Source of the DNA: Promethearchaeota archaeon
GTDB lineage: Archaea > Asgardarchaeota > Lokiarchaeia > Sigyniarchaeales > SOKP01
Reading direction: 5' to 3'
DNA: 32,000 nt
Assembly (NCBI GenBank): GCA_030606485.1
Contig: JAUWGH010000005.1
Span: 310,778-342,777, forward strand
Part shown: one piece after another, positions 27,503-32,000 of the stretch
Layout: each line of letters opens with the position of its first letter
How positions within the stretch are numbered: the stretch's first letter is position 1
Translations under genes and position numbers: made by a program
Notes under the pieces: model-generated
What the model saw: the letters and a program-made list of their open reading frames with translations, nothing else
Databases searched by the model: none
What the model was told of the DNA's origin: nothing

Positions 27503-28150
27503 TCATACATCAACTATGTTATAATTTCTGTTTTTATTGTAAAAAACACTAATTGAATCTAAGAGCTCACCCATATTTTTTTGCTCTCGTTTACATAATT
27601 GTCTCGCTTTCGGTGCTTGCCAATTTATTACATATTTTCTCCAATTAGAATCATTTAATTTTTTGGAATGAATTCCAAAAAATATAAGAATTTCTTTCTC
27701 ATTTACATGACCATTCTCGTCTTCAATAACAAAATGAGGGACCTCATGTAAATATGTCCTTCCAGCAATCATGTAAGAAAGTAAAGAATGGTGTCCATCA
27801 AATAAGATCCATTCCGATTGCTTTGTCTTTACTAATTTAATATTTGGTAATCCACGTGGAGATAGGATATCTTTTCCAGATTTTATTTGTTTAACCATTG
27901 TTCTTATCTGGTTCATGCTTTTAATGCCATTAATATTATGGAGATTTATAATTTCTCTCAATAAAACTAGTTTTTTAACTTCTTTGATTGTCTCTTTTAT
28001 TTTTGAACCTAATCCTTTTTCATACTGATCTACAATATCATAAATGGTATTGCTTTTATTTCTTAAATAAACTTTTAATGATGAAATACGCGTTAAATTT
28101 CCATCTTTAGATTTATACGGATATATTAGTTTCACGAATCTATAATTCAT
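27503..28150 (-). CDS. Hypothetical protein with a ParB/sulfiredoxin-like motif
   Basis: LPNIKLVKT....WILFDGHHSLLSY resembles the ParB/Srx 'P+.+......Y.+.DGHHR+.A' core. Confidence 0.5.
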   Translation of the reverse strand: MNYRFVKLIYPYKSKDGNLTRISSLKVYLRNKSNTIYDIVDQYEKGLGSKIKETIKEVKKLVLLREIINLHNINGIKSMNQIRTMVKQIKSGKDILSPRGLPNIKLVKTKQSEWILFDGHHSLLSYMIAGRTYLHEVPHFVIEDENGHVNEKEILIFFGIHSKKLNDSNWRKYVINWQAPKARQLCKREQKNMGELLDSISVFYNKNRNYNIVDV

Positions 28151-28288
28151 CTAAATTAAAATATTCAAACTAATTTATAAAGCTTTTATAAGTATTTTAA
28201 CCAAAAATTACTTCTTTCATTAATAATTGATAATAAGTTACTTATACGACTCAATTTTGCTAGCTAATCTGTAATAAATTACTCAGAA
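28129..28288 (+). repeat. ~160-bp imperfect direct repeat, copy 1 (promoter plus first codons of the ParB-like gene)
   Basis: Aligns by hand with 29253-29413 at about 25 differences in ~161 nt (~85% identity); both copies begin GTTTCACGAATCTA(T/C)AATTCATCT. Confidence 0.85.
28174..28181 (-). promoter_or_regulatory. Putative TATA box (TTTATAAA), implying a leaderless transcript for the 27503-28150 gene
   Basis: The palindromic TTTATAAA lies 24-31 nt upstream of ATG 28150, matching archaeal TATA spacing, and is conserved in the second repeat copy. Confidence 0.5.
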
Positions 28289-28476
28289 GAATGATTTCTT
28301 TAGATAATTATTAATTAAATTATAAAATTTTATAAATTAAAATTTCTCTTAAAAAATTCAAAAGTTAATTTCTTTTATTTATTTTGATCTATTAGGATGT
28401 TAGTATAATTTAGGTTCATCAATTATTAATAAGATGAAATATTTTTTCTGATTTAATGATTTCGGAGAAATCTTTT

Positions 28477-28989
28477 TTAATTTGATAATTTGTTTATTAA
28501 ATTGCATATTTCCTGTGGATTTCTTGTAGAGAAAACGAATGGTCTACCATATTGAAAGGTTAGTTTTACAGCCTCTCCGAAATCTGTGTTATAGGCCAAT
28601 GAACCATCTAATCCGAATCGAATTCCTACTCCACCATATTTTCTAAAATTTGCTTTAGTTAGTTCACATCTGGTTATTTTTTTTATGGGAATTTTTTTAT
28701 GGTTAAAAATTCCATATTCAACATCAAGTTGATTTTTGGTTAAGGTGATTTTTAGCCCTCTATAGTTCCAATATAAAAGAAGAATAAATAGACTTAAAAC
28801 ACCAAATATTATGCCTAAAAATGTCAATTCTTTGGGTTTGAAAGCAGTAATTATAATACCGATAGAAATAATTAATAAAGATACAAATAGCACTAAAACT
28901 TTTACAAATTTTCCAACTGGAATCCATTCTTTATATAATAATTCTTCATTTTTTTGGATATTATTTTCATTAATTATTTTAACCACCAA
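28477..28989 (-). CDS. Two-TM membrane protein with a bacterial PH-like domain
   Basis: Two hydrophobic helices followed by ITLTKNQLDVEYGIF....IPIKKITRC...YGGVGIR...G....N..FGEAVKL..QYGRPFVFSTRNPQEI. Confidence 0.6.
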   Translation of the reverse strand: MVVKIINENNIQKNEELLYKEWIPVGKFVKVLVLFVSLLIISIGIIITAFKPKELTFLGIIFGVLSLFILLLYWNYRGLKITLTKNQLDVEYGIFNHKKIPIKKITRCELTKANFRKYGGVGIRFGLDGSLAYNTDFGEAVKLTFQYGRPFVFSTRNPQEICNLINKLSN

Positions 28990-29252
28990 TTTAATGTTGC
29001 TTCTTTCACCATATTAACCATAACTATTATAGGATTTAAATATTTTTAGTTAAAAAGAATAGTTCGTGTATGACGCGCACGAAGTAAGATTATTTCTGCT
29101 TTTAGTAGATCTTTATAAAAGCATGGAAGAATGGGAGGAATTAGAAGATTTTTGTCTAAATCCTTATTATGAAAATGAATACATCCCCGTTATATATCCT
29201 TCTTTACATTTCACTCATTTTAAGAGATAATCTGATAATAAGGCTAAAATTT

Positions 29253-29413
29253 GTTTCACGAATCTACAATTCATCTGTATTAAAAATATTTAAACTAATT
29301 TATAAAGCTTTTATGAGTGTTTTAACCAAATATTATATCTTTCATTAATAATTGATAAAAAACTATTCTTACAATTAGATTTTCCTAGCTATTCTTTAAT
29401 AAATTATTAAGAA
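29253..29413 (+). repeat. ~160-bp imperfect direct repeat, copy 2
   Basis: Second copy of 28129-28288. On the minus strand it starts MNCRFVK (copy 1 gives MNYRFVK) but ends after 23 codons. Confidence 0.85.
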
Positions 29414-29488
29414 ACACTCTTTCCCTAATAATCAAGAATTTTAGATAATATCCATGAATTAATAAGAAAGAGATCGTTATACCTAATT

Positions 29489-30703
29489 ATGGTAATAGTA
29501 CGAAGAGAAGGAGTTCTCTTAGAAGCAACTGAGAACGAGTTTGAAAATCAGGCTGTCTTAAATCCTACGGTGGTTCAGCAAGGAGGTTCATTACATTTAT
29601 TCTATCGCGCAGTAAAAGAAGGAAATTATTCAAGTATTGGTTATTGTAAATTGGAAGGACCCTTGAATATCGTAGAAAGGAAAAATAGTCCTATTTTGTT
29701 TCCTGAATATGATTATGAAATACATGGTACAGAAGATCCTAGAATAGTTTTTCTTGATGGTATTTATTTTATGTTTTATACGGCATATGATGGAAAAAAT
29801 GCGTTAATAGCATACGCAACTAGTAAAGACCTAAAAACTTGGGAAAAGCATGGAATAATTTCACCTAAAATGAAATACGATGAAGCAGGGAATTTTTTTC
29901 ATTTATCGAAGCTAAAAGAAAAGTATCATTTCTTTATATCATATTATAAGGATGTCGTTGCTGAAGATGTACTTTTATGGGAAAAAGATGCATTCATTTT
30001 ACCAAAGAAATATAATAATCAGTTTGCAATGTTCCATAGAGTATTACCAGATATTCAAATTATTTGTTTCGATGATTTTAAAGATTTGACAATCGATTTC
30101 TGGAAGGATTATCTAAAAAAATTAGGCGATCATGTTGTAATGGAGCCAAAATTTGGATTTGAATCAAGAAATATCGGTGCTGGAGCACCATTAATAGAAA
30201 CTGAGAGAGGTTGGCTTATGATATATCATTCTGTAGAAGATTCTAATAGGGGTAAGGTATATTACGCAAGTGCCGCCCTCCTTGATAAACATAATCCATA
30301 TAGGGTAATAGGACGGCTTAAACACCCTCTCTTTTCGCCAACTGAAGATTATGAAAAAATTGGAGATATAGCTAATGTTGTTTTCCCTACAGGCACTGCT
30401 ATATTTGGAGAAAGACTTTATATTTATTATGGTGCCGCCGATAAAAGAATAGCCGTAGTATCGGTAAATCTGCATAAACTTATTCACGAACTCTTGGCGT
30501 CTGAATTAGAGGTTGGAATTGGGTTTTTAGCAGGGCAGATTTTTCATCTCACAATTAAAGAAGAAAAAAGCTTAACTCAACTTAAGAATTTATTGAACCA
30601 AAAAGAGTATGTTTTATTGATGGCAATTGGTTGGTTAACAAGGGAAAATAAGATTCTGTGTAGAATTGATTCAGATGAATTAATCGTTAGATCTATAAGG
30701 TAA
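29489..30703 (+). CDS. GH130-like glycosidase/phosphorylase fused to a C-terminal DUF2582-like winged-helix domain
   Basis: VLNP, LFYRA, EDPRI, YTAYDG, KDA, IGAG.PLIETERGWLMIYH, NVVFPTG and YYGAAD are GH130/COG2152-type five-bladed propeller motifs. The last ~60 aa (IGFLAGQIF...LTQLK.......LLMAIGWLTRENKI) match the DUF2582 pattern as I recall it. Confidence 0.85.
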   Translation: MVIVRREGVLLEATENEFENQAVLNPTVVQQGGSLHLFYRAVKEGNYSSIGYCKLEGPLNIVERKNSPILFPEYDYEIHGTEDPRIVFLDGIYFMFYTAYDGKNALIAYATSKDLKTWEKHGIISPKMKYDEAGNFFHLSKLKEKYHFFISYYKDVVAEDVLLWEKDAFILPKKYNNQFAMFHRVLPDIQIICFDDFKDLTIDFWKDYLKKLGDHVVMEPKFGFESRNIGAGAPLIETERGWLMIYHSVEDSNRGKVYYASAALLDKHNPYRVIGRLKHPLFSPTEDYEKIGDIANVVFPTGTAIFGERLYIYYGAADKRIAVVSVNLHKLIHELLASELEVGIGFLAGQIFHLTIKEEKSLTQLKNLLNQKEYVLLMAIGWLTRENKILCRIDSDELIVRSIR

Positions 30704-31000
30704 CTATTAACAAAAAATTATTTCAAATTCCTAAGATCTTAAATTTTTTAATGTTTTTGTCTTTTTTTAAAAATAATTTTTCGAATTTTATATTGTGGGA
30801 TTACTTTTCGGTTTTATTAAAGATCAGACATTTAATGTCATTGTAATCAAAAAACTGAACCTTATCCAGTAAAATTGGGGATAAATAACATCTAAAAATT
30901 TAAAAGTGGTAAGATTATAAAATAATTACTTTATTTCTAATGAAAAAAGCAAAATAGATTTATTTTGCCGCATATATACATTTTTAAAGAGTATTTTAGA

Positions 31001-32000
31001 ATGATATCTAATTGGATCCTTTATATGGCCACATATCCTCCAAGAGAGTGTGGGATTGCTACTTTTACAAAAGATTTAATAACAGCAATGGATAAAAAAT
31101 TTTCTCCTTCTATAAAATCAAAAATCCTCATCATGAATAATAATAATGATATTAATTATGAAAATATTGAAGATGTTTTATTTGACATTACCGATAATGA
31201 TATTTCAGCATATAAAAAGGCAGCGAAAAGAGTAAATGAGATAAATTCTATAAAGCTGATAAATATACAACACGAATTTGGTATTTTTGGTGGAGAATAT
31301 GGAAATTATTTAATTAAATTTTTAGAAATTGTGAAAAAACCAGTCGTTATATCCTTCCATACGGTCATCCCAAATCCAGAGGATAAATTAAAGAAAATCG
31401 TTCGCAAGCTAGCAAAAAAATCCACTTATTTAGTTGTACTGACTAACAAGGGGATCGACATTTTAAGAAAAGATTATAATATTAAAAAAGAGATTTTCTA
31501 CATACCTCATGGAACGCCAACAGTGTCATTTGATAACAGTATAAAAGAAAAAACAGCAATGGGTATTGCTGATAAAATTATTTTATCATCTTTTGGCCTT
31601 ATTAACTCCGGGAAAGGTTATGAATATGTAATTGAGTCGTTAACTGAAGTTGTTAAAAAATATTCTAATATTTTATATTTAATAATTGGCGAAACACATC
31701 CCGTAGTAAGGAAAAAAGAAGGAGAAAAGTATAGAAATTTTCTCAAGGAAAAAGTGAAGGAGTTTGATCTCGAAAAAAATGTAAAATTCTATGATAGGTA
31801 CTTGACGCTAGAAGAAATAGTAAAATTTCTACTAGCAACGGATATCTATATTTCTTCAAATCTGAATCCTAATCAGATTGTTAGTGGCACTTTGGCGTAC
31901 GCAATAGCCTGCGGTAGAGCGATTATCTCTACACCTTTCATTTATGCTAAAGATATTATTACACCTGAAAGAGGTCTTTTAGTAAAATTCAGAGATCCTA
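31001..32000 (+). CDS. Glycosyltransferase family 4 (GT-B); runs off the window end
   Basis: Not in the ORF track. From ATG 31001: MISNWILYMATYPPRECGIATFT...IQHEFGIFGG...SFHTV...IPHG...FGLINSGKGYEYVI...IIGETHP...SGTLAYAIACGRAIISTPF.YA, open to the window edge. Confidence 0.9.
   Translation, partial: MISNWILYMATYPPRECGIATFTKDLITAMDKKFSPSIKSKILIMNNNNDINYENIEDVLFDITDNDISAYKKAAKRVNEINSIKLINIQHEFGIFGGEYGNYLIKFLEIVKKPVVISFHTVIPNPEDKLKKIVRKLAKKSTYLVVLTNKGIDILRKDYNIKKEIFYIPHGTPTVSFDNSIKEKTAMGIADKIILSSFGLINSGKGYEYVIESLTEVVKKYSNILYLIIGETHPVVRKKEGEKYRNFLKEKVKEFDLEKNVKFYDRYLTLEEIVKFLLATDIYISSNLNPNQIVSGTLAYAIACGRAIISTPFIYAKDIITPERGLLVKFRDP

Noticed and set aside
28811-29017. 68-aa + strand ORF
   Set aside because: Mostly antisense to the PH-domain membrane-protein gene.
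30191-30487. 98-aa - strand ORF
   Set aside because: Antisense shadow of the GH130-like gene.
1-32000. tRNA, rRNA, CRISPR arrays and intact IS elements or integrases
   Set aside because: No GC-rich structured stretch, T-loop consensus in a cloverleaf context, repeat-spacer array or transposase/integrase ORF seen by eye; small ncRNAs cannot be excluded without covariance-model searches.

Overview
Very AT-rich archaeal DNA, most likely from an Asgard archaeon of the Lokiarchaeia/Promethearchaeota type. This is inferred from archaeal informational genes (rpl11-rpl1-rplP0-rpl12; pus10, rpl21e, rpo4, DUF655, rsmA, hemK-like; nurA; EndoQ-like; mptA) occurring alongside eukaryotic-signature-type genes (a Rab-like GTPase, a 7TM protein with a longin-like C-terminal domain, a long SDS22-like LRR protein). 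The window has about 30 CDS, two of them cut by the window edges and missing from the ORF track (a RibD-C reductase at the left, a GT4 glycosyltransferase at the right). I saw no rRNA, tRNA, CRISPR array or intact mobile element. The best leads are: (i) an HxxE-type amidohydrolase overlapping a RibD-C/ArfC reductase and divergent from mptA, a candidate for the unassigned archaeal riboflavin-pathway deaminase or for a pterin-pathway enzyme; (ii) the 7TM-longin fusion; (iii) an accessory region after pus10 with a ~160-bp duplicated promoter/start segment, a ParB/Srx-like orphan and a GH130-DUF2582 (winged-helix) fusion next to a GT4; (iv) an rpo4 gene that apparently needs an ATT start codon. 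All family calls come from motif recognition by eye, not from database searches.
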